This document shows, piece after piece, positions 45,458-54,692 of a stretch of DNA of 64,000 nucleotides. The notes under the pieces were generated by a model, which did not search any database, was not told where the DNA came from, and saw nothing but the letters and a program-made list of their open reading frames with translations. Position 1 is the first letter of the stretch. Each line of letters opens with the position of its first letter. Source of the DNA: Phycisphaerales bacterium (lineage in GTDB: Bacteria; Planctomycetota; Phycisphaerae; UBA1845); NCBI GenBank assembly GCA_020852275.1, contig JADZBE010000026.1:192338-256337 (forward strand). Direction: 5' to 3'. A program made the translations under genes and the position numbers.

Positions 45458-46705
45458 GTGAAGTCCGCCCGCCGAATCTGCATCCTCATGGGCACGCGCC
45501 CGGAGGTCATCAAGTGCTGGCCTGTGGTCCGCGCCCTCTCTGCCCGCCGCGAGTTTGAGCTTACCACGATCCTCACCGGTCAACACCGCGAGCTGGCGCG
45601 ACAGGCCGCGGCTCGTCTCGGGATCGACGTGACGATGGACCTCGACGTGATGACGGCGGACCAGTCGCTGGACAGTCTGACCGGGCGGCTTTGCGAGCGA
45701 CTCGGCACGGCGCTGCGCGCGGCGAGACCGGATCGGGTGCTCGTACAGGGCGACACGACGAGCGCGTTCGCGGGCGCGCTGGCGGCATTTCACGCGGGCA
45801 TTCCGGTGGCGCATGTGGAGGCCGGTCTTCGGACCGACGATGTGCGACAGCCCTTTCCGGAGGAAATGTACCGCCGGTTGATCTCGCGGTTGTGTGACGT
45901 TCATTTCGCGCCCACGGTTCGCGCGCGCGAGGCGCTGCTGCGGGAGGGCGTCCCGGCGGCGAGCGTGCACGTCACGGGCAACACCGGCATCGACGCGCTG
46001 CGGATCACGTCCGATGAGCTGGATCGCCATCCGATTCGTGACGAGCTTCGCGACGCGCTGGCGGGAGCGAAGGGTTCGATCGTGGCCGTGACCGTGCATC
46101 GCCGCGAGAATCGCGCGTGCATCGAAGACATCGCTTCAGCCCTGCGAGCGCTGGGCGCAAGGCACCCCAACGCGCGGTTCGTCATCCCGGTTCATCCCGC
46201 GCCGCAAGTGCGAGCCGCGTTGGAGCCGGCGCTCAGCTCGTGTGCGCAATGCAAGCTTCTGCCAGCGCTGGATTACGGCGAGTTCGTGACGCTGCTGTGC
46301 CGGTGCCGATTCGTCCTGACGGATTCCGGCGGCGTGCAGGAGGAAGCTCCATTTCTCGGCAAGCCGGTGCTGGTCATGCGGCGGACGACGGAGAGGCCTG
46401 AAGCCGTCGAGGCCGGCGTGGCGCGCCTTGTGGGTGAGCAGGCCGGGGAGATTCTTGCCGCCGCCCACGAGCTGCTCAGCGACGATGCGGCCTATGCCCG
46501 GATGGCCCGGCGCGTCAGCCCCTATGGCGATGGCCGGGCTGCGGAGCGAATCCTGGAGATCCTGAGTTCATCAGCAGGCTCCATGCCGGCCGCGCCCCTG
46601 GGTCTCCCGGACCCGATGACCCTGCCTGGGGTTGGAATCCAAACCCAACGGGCTTCACTCTCCCGCCATCACGCCGCCGATGCGACCGTCGCGATTTCGG
46701 CGTGA
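45458..46705 (+). CDS. wecB: UDP-N-acetylglucosamine 2-epimerase (non-hydrolysing)
   Basis: ICILMGTRPEVIK, TGQHRE, VLVQGDTTSAFAGALAAFHAGIPVAHVEAGLRT, PFPEEMYRRLISRL, LTDSGGVQEEAPFLGKPVLVMRRTTERPE. Start set at in-frame GTG 45458, 8 nt after the queG stop. The track ORF start at 45230 overlaps queG. Confidence 0.85.
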   Translation: MKSARRICILMGTRPEVIKCWPVVRALSARREFELTTILTGQHRELARQAAARLGIDVTMDLDVMTADQSLDSLTGRLCERLGTALRAARPDRVLVQGDTTSAFAGALAAFHAGIPVAHVEAGLRTDDVRQPFPEEMYRRLISRLCDVHFAPTVRAREALLREGVPAASVHVTGNTGIDALRITSDELDRHPIRDELRDALAGAKGSIVAVTVHRRENRACIEDIASALRALGARHPNARFVIPVHPAPQVRAALEPALSSCAQCKLLPALDYGEFVTLLCRCRFVLTDSGGVQEEAPFLGKPVLVMRRTTERPEAVEAGVARLVGEQAGEILAAAHELLSDDAAYARMARRVSPYGDGRAAERILEILSSSAGSMPAAPLGLPDPMTLPGVGIQTQRASLSRHHAADATVAISA

Positions 46706-46813
46706 ATAATGATCGGGGGCGGTCCCGGCATAGGCGCCGGACGAAGGCGATCTTCCACCTGCCTAAACGCTTCCCGCCCGCCGCGCATCTGTACGCTTGA
46801 AATCGGCCACGAC

Positions 46814-47392
46814 ATGGCGGAACCCGGCATAACCCAACAGGTCGATGCACCGCCGGACGTGGAGCCGGGGGATGCCGCAGGCGACCGACCCGAGTCGATC
46901 AACGCGGAGTCGCGCTTGCGGCTCGTGCGGCTGGCGTACCGGTTCCTTTGGGATCGAGGCGAGGCCGAGGACGCGGTGCAGGATGCGCTGCTGGCGGCGC
47001 ACGAGCGAGCCGCGGATGTGCGCGATCGCGGCAAGTGGTGGTCGTGGGTGTGCCGCATCGTGGTGCAGCGATGCCATCTGGCATCGAGGCGAATCGCGCA
47101 ATCGCGGAAGCTGCGGAGCGCCGACGCGGCGCTGAACCTATGCGAGGCAGATGAGTCGGCGGCCTCGCGGAAAGAACTGGCCGGCGTGGTTCGCGAGATG
47201 ATTGCAGAGCTGCCGCAGCGTCAACGGGAAGTTCTTGTGCTGCGCCATTTTCAGGGCATGTCGTTTGATGAGATCGGCGAAGTGCTGGACATGGCGCCCG
47301 CGACGGCGCGCGTGCAGGCCATGAATGCCAGGGAGGCATTGCTGAGGCTGGTGTTGGAACGGCATCCCGATTTTGTGCATACGAGCAGGTGA
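46814..47392 (+). CDS. ECF-type RNA polymerase sigma factor
   Basis: Start at ATG 46814. LVRLAYRFLWDRGEAEDAVQDALLAAHE (region 2). LPQRQREVLVLRHFQGMSFDEIGEVLDMAPATARVQAMNAREAL (region 4). Confidence 0.8.
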   Translation: MAEPGITQQVDAPPDVEPGDAAGDRPESINAESRLRLVRLAYRFLWDRGEAEDAVQDALLAAHERAADVRDRGKWWSWVCRIVVQRCHLASRRIAQSRKLRSADAALNLCEADESAASRKELAGVVREMIAELPQRQREVLVLRHFQGMSFDEIGEVLDMAPATARVQAMNAREALLRLVLERHPDFVHTSR

Positions 47393-47455
47393 ATGCATGC
47401 GCGTCAGGTTGGGCATGGCCGTCTGCAAGCCGTCACGACCCTCGGGGGATCGCCC

Positions 47456-47986
47456 ATGAGATGTGATGAAGTTCGACAAGCTTGGCATCAACTGCACGAG
47501 GATGGACTTCCCAACGCCTGCGCGGCGGAGCATCTGCGAGGTTGCGATGCCTGTCGCCAATACCATGCACAAATGGACGCGCTCGCAGGGCTGCTGAACC
47601 TGTTGCGGGGCGCCAGTGAGCGGTTGCCTGAGGCATCCTCCCGCCGCGCCCGGGGTTCAATCAAACTGACGCCGTTTTTCGTGCACGCGATCGGGTGGGC
47701 TGCGTTTCTCGCGCTGGTCGCGGGTCCATCGATGGAATGGTCAAGACCGGCGCCCGACATCGGGAGCGCGTTTAACAGCGGGCAGCCGTTGACTGACGGC
47801 AGTGAAACTCGGGGAGCGGGCGTGCTTCCACCGGCGCTGCGGGCTGCGCCGGAAATCGAAACCCTGGGTCAGACGGAAAAGCAGTACCTTGTCGTCGCCA
47901 GCGAACTTCCCGCCCACCCGCGGATTCGGCTGTATTGGCTTTACTCGACCGGCATGAATCAGGAACGCGCCACCGGGCCGGGCTGA
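47456..47986 (+). CDS. anti-sigma factor (zf-HC2-like N-terminus, one TM)
   Basis: MRCDEVRQAWHQLHEDGLPNACAAEHLRGCDACRQYH (H-x3-C-x2-C). TM segment FFVHAIGWAAFLALVAG. GGGGGA lies 7 nt upstream of ATG 47456. ATG 47393, directly after the sigma-factor stop, is an alternative start. Confidence 0.65.
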   Translation: MRCDEVRQAWHQLHEDGLPNACAAEHLRGCDACRQYHAQMDALAGLLNLLRGASERLPEASSRRARGSIKLTPFFVHAIGWAAFLALVAGPSMEWSRPAPDIGSAFNSGQPLTDGSETRGAGVLPPALRAAPEIETLGQTEKQYLVVASELPAHPRIRLYWLYSTGMNQERATGPG

Positions 47987-48046
47987 TGTGTTGCGCACCG
48001 GGCCCGCATCGGCGTGATCCCATGTGTTGCAATCCAGGAAAAATTC

Positions 48047-49126
48047 ATGTCTAAGCACATTAAAAGGAGCATGAACATGAGCCTATGGAATTACAAGAGT
48101 TTCGGAATTGTTGCCTGCTGCCTGTGCACGGCGTGGATTGCCTCCGGGCAGGTGACGACCCAGGACGCGCAGCGAAGGCAGGGCAGTGATTTCCCGCCCC
48201 TTCGCTATGCCGATCCGTTTCAGGTCAAGAGCGAACTGGAGGCACAAGGACTGGACATCGAAGTCCAAGTTGCGCCGGACGGCGGTTTGTCCATTTTTGC
48301 GGGCACGTCCGAGGATCTGCTTCGCGTCAAGCGGCTTATCAAGGACATGGACATTCCGGAAGCCGCGCCGGACTACCACACCAGTGCGCTGGTGAGGCTG
48401 CCGCTTCAACACTACCCCGCCCATGAACTTCCATCCATTCTCGGCCCAACGATCGATCCCAATGAAATTCGCTTTGCCGTGGATGAGAGGAATAACGCGC
48501 TGATCATTTCCGGCTCGCTGGGCAAAGTGAAAGAGGTCGAGCAGATGGTCAAGGAACTGGACACGCCGCGGCAGTCTCTGCGCGTGGAGTTCTTCTTCGT
48601 GCGGGGCACCATCGGTGGAGACGGCAAAGCGGCATCGAGCCTGCCCGCGGCGCTCAAGCCCGTGGCGGCCGCGCTGTCCGAAGCCGGCTTTCAGAACCTG
48701 CAACTGATTGCGCCGATCCAGATACTGACGGACGAAGGTGAATCGCTCAATGGCCAGGCGTTCTCACAGGAGGCGTCGCTGGACGTGCCTCTCACCGCGG
48801 AAGGCGGCGCATCGTACCGCTACTCTTTCCAGGTGGCCGGCTCGGCGCAGCTCGCTACCCAGGCCGATACGGTCAAACTGGCGATCACCGCGCAGGTGCG
48901 AGGCATGAAGTTCGGCGGCGCCCCCGGCGCTGCGACCGGCTCGTCGAAACCCGTGCAGACGGATGCACCGCTGGAGTACAGAGTGCAGACGCGGATGTCC
49001 ACGTCGTTGGGAGAATACGTTGTCCTCTCGGCCGCGCCGGGCACGACTCCGGACGGCAATGCGCTCGCGGTGGTGATCCGAGTGCAACGGCAGGGGGCCG
49101 GCGCGCAGCAGCACAGCGGCAAGTAG
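48047..49126 (+). CDS. secreted protein with two Secretin_N-like domains and a short divergent secretin-like C-terminal region
   Basis: Signal peptide FGIVACCLCTAWIASGQ. N-domain patterns PLRYADPFQVKSELEAQGLDIEVQVAPDGGLSIFAGTSEDLLRVKRLIKDMDIP and VRLPLQHYPAHELPSILGP...FAVDERNNALIISGSLGKVKEVEQMVKELDTPRQSLRVEFFFV. The gene start is AT-rich. Confidence 0.6.
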   Translation: MSKHIKRSMNMSLWNYKSFGIVACCLCTAWIASGQVTTQDAQRRQGSDFPPLRYADPFQVKSELEAQGLDIEVQVAPDGGLSIFAGTSEDLLRVKRLIKDMDIPEAAPDYHTSALVRLPLQHYPAHELPSILGPTIDPNEIRFAVDERNNALIISGSLGKVKEVEQMVKELDTPRQSLRVEFFFVRGTIGGDGKAASSLPAALKPVAAALSEAGFQNLQLIAPIQILTDEGESLNGQAFSQEASLDVPLTAEGGASYRYSFQVAGSAQLATQADTVKLAITAQVRGMKFGGAPGAATGSSKPVQTDAPLEYRVQTRMSTSLGEYVVLSAAPGTTPDGNALAVVIRVQRQGAGAQQHSGK

Positions 49127-49322
49127 CACGTCGCCGGCGCGCGTGCATGGCGTGCCGATGCTCACGCCGAGGCGCGGAGGACGCTGAGAAGAAGCGCGTT
49201 TGGGCCGGGAGGTTCATCCCTGCGCGCCTGCGATTCCTCTGCGGTCCCCGCGTCTCTGCGTGGGCCTTTCCTTTTGCCCTCCCGATTTTGATCTTCCGCC
49301 GGCAGAAGCGTATCCTTCCTGC

Positions 49323-49880
49323 ATGGACCTCGACCGTATAGCCAAGGCCGTCCGCGAGATTCTCTTCGCGGTGGGTGAGAACCCGGAGCGCGAGGGTCTG
49401 CGCGACACCCCCCAGCGCGTGGCGCGCATGTACGAGGAGGTTTTCAGCGGCCTGTCGGGCGACCCGGCGGAGCACCTGACGACCTCGTTCACCGAGCGGT
49501 ATGATGAACTCGTTGTGCTGCGCGACATTCCGTTCAATTCGATCTGCGAGCATCACCTCATGCCCTTCGAGGGCAAGGCGCACGTCGCATACCTGCCCGC
49601 CGGGAAAGTGGCGGGAATCTCCAAGCTGGCGCGCGTGGTGGAAGCGTTCGCCCGCCGGCCGCAGGTGCAGGAGCGGCTGACTACGCAAATCGCCAACTTG
49701 CTCATGGAGAAGCTCGAAGCGAAGGGCGTGGCCGTGGTGATCCACGCGGTACACACGTGCATGACGTGCCGCGGCGTCCGCAAGCCCGGAACGGTGATGA
49801 TTACGTCGGCGGTGCTGGGTCTGTGCCGCAGCGACCCGCGCACGCGCGGGGAGGTCATGACCCTGTTGCACACGAGCTGA
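49323..49880 (+). CDS. folE: GTP cyclohydrolase I
   Basis: [74 protein letters not shown]. Confidence 0.9.
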   Translation: MDLDRIAKAVREILFAVGENPEREGLRDTPQRVARMYEEVFSGLSGDPAEHLTTSFTERYDELVVLRDIPFNSICEHHLMPFEGKAHVAYLPAGKVAGISKLARVVEAFARRPQVQERLTTQIANLLMEKLEAKGVAVVIHAVHTCMTCRGVRKPGTVMITSAVLGLCRSDPRTRGEVMTLLHTS

Positions 49881-50145
49881 CGCCTCCGCCCGCGAGTTGA
49901 CGCCTCCGCCATGTCACTTGCGCGATTGCGAGTCATCTCGGACGGTCGCTGGACCGCTGGATTCCGGTCTGCGCGTCGGGCGGCATTCTCGTGCGGCAGG
50001 GTGGCATGCTCTCGCGGGACTCCGCGTGAGCATGGGGTTCATGCGCGAGGCGCAACGCGGCGTCTCCCTCCGTCACGGCGCGCGAACGGGGGGTCCAGTC
50101 CGCCCGGGAGGACTGCGGCATTCGTGCCTCGTCGCAAGCAGCCGG

Positions 50146-50173
50146 CTGGATTCCCGCCTTCGCGGGAATGCCG
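50146..50173 (+). repeat. REP-like hairpin family R2
   Basis: ctggattcccgccttcgcgggaatgccg. Confidence 0.8.
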
Positions 50174-50235
50174 AGCATCGCCCATTACCATGGTTCGTGA
50201 CATGCCCACGCATCGCAGGCGCCCATTCCAGGCCG

Positions 50236-50577
50236 TCACGGATTCCCGGTACGCTGCGGATCGGGGAACGACCGATAGAGCGCCGAGCGGAAGTCGGTCA
50301 CGCGGGCGTACACGTTGGCGTGCAGTCCTTCGATGTCGCCTCCGCGCCGCGCGATTACTTCAAATGCATGTTCGAGCTGCACAAGGTCTTTGCAGGCGAT
50401 GCTGATGTTGAACTCGCCCAGTTCCGGCGGGCCGAAGCCGAGCTTGCGCCGCGTCAGGCTGTAGTCCTCAATCAAGCCTCGCTTCTTGAGTTCGCCCAGG
50501 TAGGCCTGAACAGCCTCGGCGAATTCAAGGTCCTTGTGGGAATCTTTGAGATTGCACCATATTTCGTAATAATTCAT
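50236..50577 (-). CDS. small conserved hypothetical protein (DUF6614-like, from memory)
   Basis: MNYYEIWCNLKDSHKDLEFAEAVQAYLGELKKRGLIEDYSLTRRKLGFGPPELGEFNISI... resembles a family I recall as M..Y.IW.dLk......F......yl..L...g.i..y.itRRKLGlgP. Clean ATG-started ORF. Confidence 0.6.
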   Translation of the reverse strand: MNYYEIWCNLKDSHKDLEFAEAVQAYLGELKKRGLIEDYSLTRRKLGFGPPELGEFNISIACKDLVQLEHAFEVIARRGGDIEGLHANVYARVTDFRSALYRSFPDPQRTGNP

Positions 50578-50793
50578 AATCGCATCCGTCCCCCTGCGGG
50601 TGAGGGGAAAAGGGACGGCGTGAAAAGTATTCCCACGCCCGTCGAATTATCGCGCAGGCTTCCGGCTGCGGTGCGGCTGAGCCCGTGCGTGCCCCGTCCT
50701 CTCGATGCGACCATTTCGATGAGACCCCGTCCATGAAGCCGTTTCGATGAGGCCATATCGGTGATTCTCTGTGCCGCGCGGCGAAGCATGGTG

Positions 50794-52461
50794 TCAGCGC
50801 CACTTTCTTCCGTGCCTTCGTTCGCCGCAAAGACAAACACGCATACCCATCGCATTTGCCATGCTGGCCTTGGCGAACATCGCGCGGTCCGCGGCGTCGG
50901 CATCGGTGGCATAGACGACTTGAATGTGATTGGCTTTATGCCTGGCCATCATCTGATCGCGGGTGATGCCGTAGAGCACGGCGTGCATGATGGGCCACTG
51001 CGGCGTGGTGGCGTTCCAGCGGCGCTGCGTTTCGGACTCCGGGAGCTCCACCACCTTGGCCCGCCCCAGGTCCATGTTGAGACCGTCTTTCTCAATGTAA
51101 ATGCGCGACCAGACGATTTCGCCCGGTTTGCTGACGCCCTTGAGCGTGGAGCCGCCGAGCCTGAAATACATGGGCGGCTGGCGCTCGCCGACGGCGCCGC
51201 GCCATCCGCTGATGAAATGCGCCGGCGGCGCCGCACCGCTGATCTCGAAGACCCACACGTATTCATCGGTCGTGCCGCTTCGGTCCACGTCGCCCCAGCG
51301 CAGGTCGTGCAACGTGTTTTCCACGGGCTGCCCCATGGCGCGATGGACCCAATAAGTCATCAGCCCATCCAGGCCGGCGCACTCGTCGACCTCGTTGAAA
51401 TGTGGCAGAGGCCGATTCTCATAAAGCACGCGTCCATTGCCTGGCATCTGGACGGGAGGCCGGTCCGAGTTGTTCAACATCCCCTCGACGAGGTCCGAGG
51501 CGGGCAGGCAGTCCTTCAAACCCTGCTGGTACTGGATGCCGATGGCATTGCATCCGAATTCATGAGCGATGCGAACGGCGGCGATGTACATTTTGCACTG
51601 GAGAAGCACTTGGGCCTGCGTCAGTTCCGTTTCTCCATGGGAACCCAACCTGAACATCATGCCCGCGCGCAGGAGCCATTCGTAGACGTCTCGCGCTTCG
51701 CCGTCCGCAACCTGAAGCGTGGCCGCATGGAGGGCCGACTGGCTGAGTCGCTCCTTGAACACACCGGTGGCATGGAGGAGATCGTCGGGAATCATGGCGT
51801 TGAACATGCCCATGCAGCCCTCGTCGAATACGCCGAGAATGGCCTTCTCGCGTTGAAGCTGCGCAGCGAGGGCTTCTCCGAGTTTGCGCTCTTTCGACGG
51901 GACTTTCACATTCTTAAGCGGGGTCACGTGCTTGAGCGGGTGTTTCAGCTCGCCGTCCTTGAGCCACTTCCTCAGCTTCGCAACAAAGTCCGGGTCGGCG
52001 AAGTCCTCGGTCCAGAGCGTGGAGTATTTCACGCCCGCCTTGGTCAGCGAGCCGTTGAGATTGAGCATGCCGACCAGTCCCGGCCATTGTCCGGACCAGT
52101 TGGCGACGGTGAGGATGGGTCCGCGGTGGCTGGACAGCCCGGCGAGGACGTGGTGGCTGTATTGCCAGACCGCCTCGGCGACGATGAGCCGGGCTGTCGG
52201 ATCGAGCGGAGCGAAGACTCTCATGCCCTCCTTCTGCGAGGAGATGAAGCCGTGTCCGACATCCGGCTTGAAAGGATGGGCACGAACGACCTGAAAGCCG
52301 CAGGCTTCGACGGCTTTGCCGAGCGCGGCCTCCATCTGCTCCTGAGCGGACCAGCAGACGCGATTGGCTGACTCGCGCAGGTCGCCGCTGGCGACGAGAT
52401 GGACTTGGCGGGCTTTGAGCTTGGCTTGCTTCGTTGCCTCCGGCATCTGGTAGGTGGACAT
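50794..52461 (-). CDS. L-fucose isomerase-family sugar isomerase (tentative)
   Basis: 555 aa. [15 protein letters not shown], a central helical region, and the C-terminal ...[30 protein letters not shown] follow the FucI-family layout as I remember it. No search was run. Confidence 0.6.
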   Translation of the reverse strand: MSTYQMPEATKQAKLKARQVHLVASGDLRESANRVCWSAQEQMEAALGKAVEACGFQVVRAHPFKPDVGHGFISSQKEGMRVFAPLDPTARLIVAEAVWQYSHHVLAGLSSHRGPILTVANWSGQWPGLVGMLNLNGSLTKAGVKYSTLWTEDFADPDFVAKLRKWLKDGELKHPLKHVTPLKNVKVPSKERKLGEALAAQLQREKAILGVFDEGCMGMFNAMIPDDLLHATGVFKERLSQSALHAATLQVADGEARDVYEWLLRAGMMFRLGSHGETELTQAQVLLQCKMYIAAVRIAHEFGCNAIGIQYQQGLKDCLPASDLVEGMLNNSDRPPVQMPGNGRVLYENRPLPHFNEVDECAGLDGLMTYWVHRAMGQPVENTLHDLRWGDVDRSGTTDEYVWVFEISGAAPPAHFISGWRGAVGERQPPMYFRLGGSTLKGVSKPGEIVWSRIYIEKDGLNMDLGRAKVVELPESETQRRWNATTPQWPIMHAVLYGITRDQMMARHKANHIQVVYATDADAADRAMFAKASMANAMGMRVCLCGERRHGRKWR

Positions 52462-52584
52462 TGAAACCCTCCTGAATCTGGTTGTCGCCGTAGCCTACGC
52501 GCGATTGGCAGGGGGTCCAGCAGCGCGGAGGCGGGCGGCGTGAGGGCGCAGTGCTGCTGCTGTCGCCGGCTGGCCAAACGCGCC

Positions 52585-52685
52585 GGTGGCACGGACCCGC
52601 AGGAGGGGAGCGTTAGGGCGCGCGAATGAGGGTTGGTGGATCACCCACCACGGCCTGGCGAGTACGCCAAGCCGTGCCACCCAAC
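52585..52685 (-). repeat. REP-like element family R1, inverted copy
   Basis: ccggtggcacggacccgcagg...ccacggcctggcgagtacgccaagccgtgccaccc. Confidence 0.75.
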
Positions 52686-52939
52686 GCCGGGAACTTGGCT
52701 GGGAGGTTGTCAGTCGTCAGGAATGATCAGCGATGAAAATAGAGCCTCCATACCGATGTTGTTGTTGTCCAGACGACCTCCGCAAGGGGGCTTTTATGTG
52801 CGTTCGCGGAGGCGGCGGTACCCAAGGTACGTCTACCTGTCGGCAGGCATTGCTTCGGGCCATGAGGAGCTTTCTGGCGCAGGCTCGGCTGACCGGCAGG
52901 GGGGCGCCGGCCGGGCGAACTCGCGGTGGGCAACCGGCT

Positions 52940-53884
52940 CTACTCGAAGTCCCCCGTCTCGCTGAGGATGTCGTCCAGCTCCGCGTCGGAGAGCACCTGC
53001 CCACGCTCGCCGTCGAACAGCTCGCGCTCGTCTTCGATCAGCCCGTCCTCGTCGCGGGGCGACTGGCGCAGGATCGTGCGGGCGAGTTCGAGCTTCTCCA
53101 TCACCGCCGACATGTCCGGCAGGCGGCGGTCCATGGAGGTATGACAGCAGCTCTCGATGAACCGGGCGACGCAGACGGGCATGCCGGAAAGCTCCATTTG
53201 CGGCAGAGCCTGCACGCGCTTGCCGAGAAGCCGCTGGCTGTGCGGGCTGACCGTCTGGTTCATTTCCGTGGGCACGGGCTTGCCCGTCAGGATGCGGTGC
53301 AGCGTCGCGCCGAGACCGAACACGTCGGTCCGCTGATCGAGGGTGGACTGCGTGGCCTGCTCGGGCGCCATGTAGTCGATCGTGCCCTGCACGCGCGGCT
53401 TGGCTTCGCCGAGGCGCGAGCTTTGACCGAAGTCGATGAGCTTCACCTCGCGATCCGGCGTCACCAGGATGTTGCCGGGTTTGAGGTCGGCATGAACCCA
53501 GCCCGCGCGGTGCATGGCCGTCAGCCCCTCCGCGGTGCGCGCGAAGACCGTCAGCAGCTCATCCAGCGGCAAGGTGAAGTTCCGGTCGGAGAGGGGCGCG
53601 CCCGGCACGTACTCCATGAACAGCAGCGCGCCGTTCACGCGCGTCAGCCGGCGCAGCGGACGGAACTCAAACGTCTTGCGGATGACCGGATGGTCAATGG
53701 CCGAGCCGACCGTGTGTTCATCCCGCATCAGCTCGATGATCTTCATGTCCTCCGGCTGGCGGACCTTGACGACCTTGATGGCGTAATCGCCGCCGGTGCG
53801 CATGCAGCGGGCGCGGTACACCGTCGTGGCGGCGCCCGTGCCGATCTTCTCGATCACCCGATAATTAGGCAGCTCCAACGTCAT
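52940..53884 (-). CDS. Ser/Thr protein kinase, stand-alone catalytic domain with acidic tail
   Basis: GTGAATTVYRA, YAIKVV, HADLKPGNILV, DFGQSS, TIDYMAPEQ. 314 aa, with no TM or sensor domain. Confidence 0.85.
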   Translation of the reverse strand: MTLELPNYRVIEKIGTGAATTVYRARCMRTGGDYAIKVVKVRQPEDMKIIELMRDEHTVGSAIDHPVIRKTFEFRPLRRLTRVNGALLFMEYVPGAPLSDRNFTLPLDELLTVFARTAEGLTAMHRAGWVHADLKPGNILVTPDREVKLIDFGQSSRLGEAKPRVQGTIDYMAPEQATQSTLDQRTDVFGLGATLHRILTGKPVPTEMNQTVSPHSQRLLGKRVQALPQMELSGMPVCVARFIESCCHTSMDRRLPDMSAVMEKLELARTILRQSPRDEDGLIEDERELFDGERGQVLSDAELDDILSETGDFE

Positions 53885-54692
53885 TGTGAATGCAACATCC
53901 TTGAGAGCAACAACTTATGATGGAATCGAACGAATGAAAACTCGCCGCTCTCACCCTAGAAGACCCCGCGTCGGCGCATCCGGCGGATTGGTTTTTGCTA
54001 ATCCGCGGAAAGCGGCACGCAGGCTCAAAAGCATAACATCGGCCGCCGTCGCGGATGCGAGGGAGTGTGACGATAACCGCGGCGGCAGCAGCCACCCAGC
54101 ACGCGAGCGGCCCGAGGGAGCGAACAAGGGTCATCTATAGGCCGCACCACATGTCCCGTCCATGCGCCTTGCGTCGTTGGCGGAAAAACGCGGCGCGTCA
54201 CTCAAGCTGCCGGCCGCGTGCCGGCAGCGCTGCATAGGCGAACTCCGGCTTGTGGGGCAGCGTTGAATACACGGGGACTGGACGTTGAACGACGTGGACG
54301 GCAACCCGATTCCGCCAAGGACGCGCAGTCGCGCCATCCTCGAGTTCTGCCTCCGGCTTTTCGCGGGGGCGTGCGCGGTCCTTGCGCCGTCCGCGCTTCT
54401 GTTCTTCGTCCTTGTCGGCTTTCTTGAACTTCCGCAGTGGTTGTGGGACCCCTTTCCGCGGTGTGGTACCGGCGCCTGCGCATGGTCCGCCGCCGACTGG
54501 CTGGTCTGGTAGCCCGTGGCTGCGCCCGCGGCTTTTGCAAAATACAGTGTTCTCACCCCGCGAAGACTACGTAAGATGGCATCCTGGTGCCTGGAGGGCC
54601 AGATCGCGGTCTGGCTCATCGGCTTCGCGTTGAACGAGGATTCCATGCTCACGTTGCTTTGCCTGTACGACCACTGGATCCGGTATCGCTGA

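Noticed and set aside
52750-52800. Hairpin cctcc-gcaa-ggggg followed by cttttat, as a possible terminator or small RNA end.
   Set aside because: No plus-strand gene lies upstream to terminate. The stem is only 5 bp and includes a G-U pair. On the minus strand it lacks a T-run.
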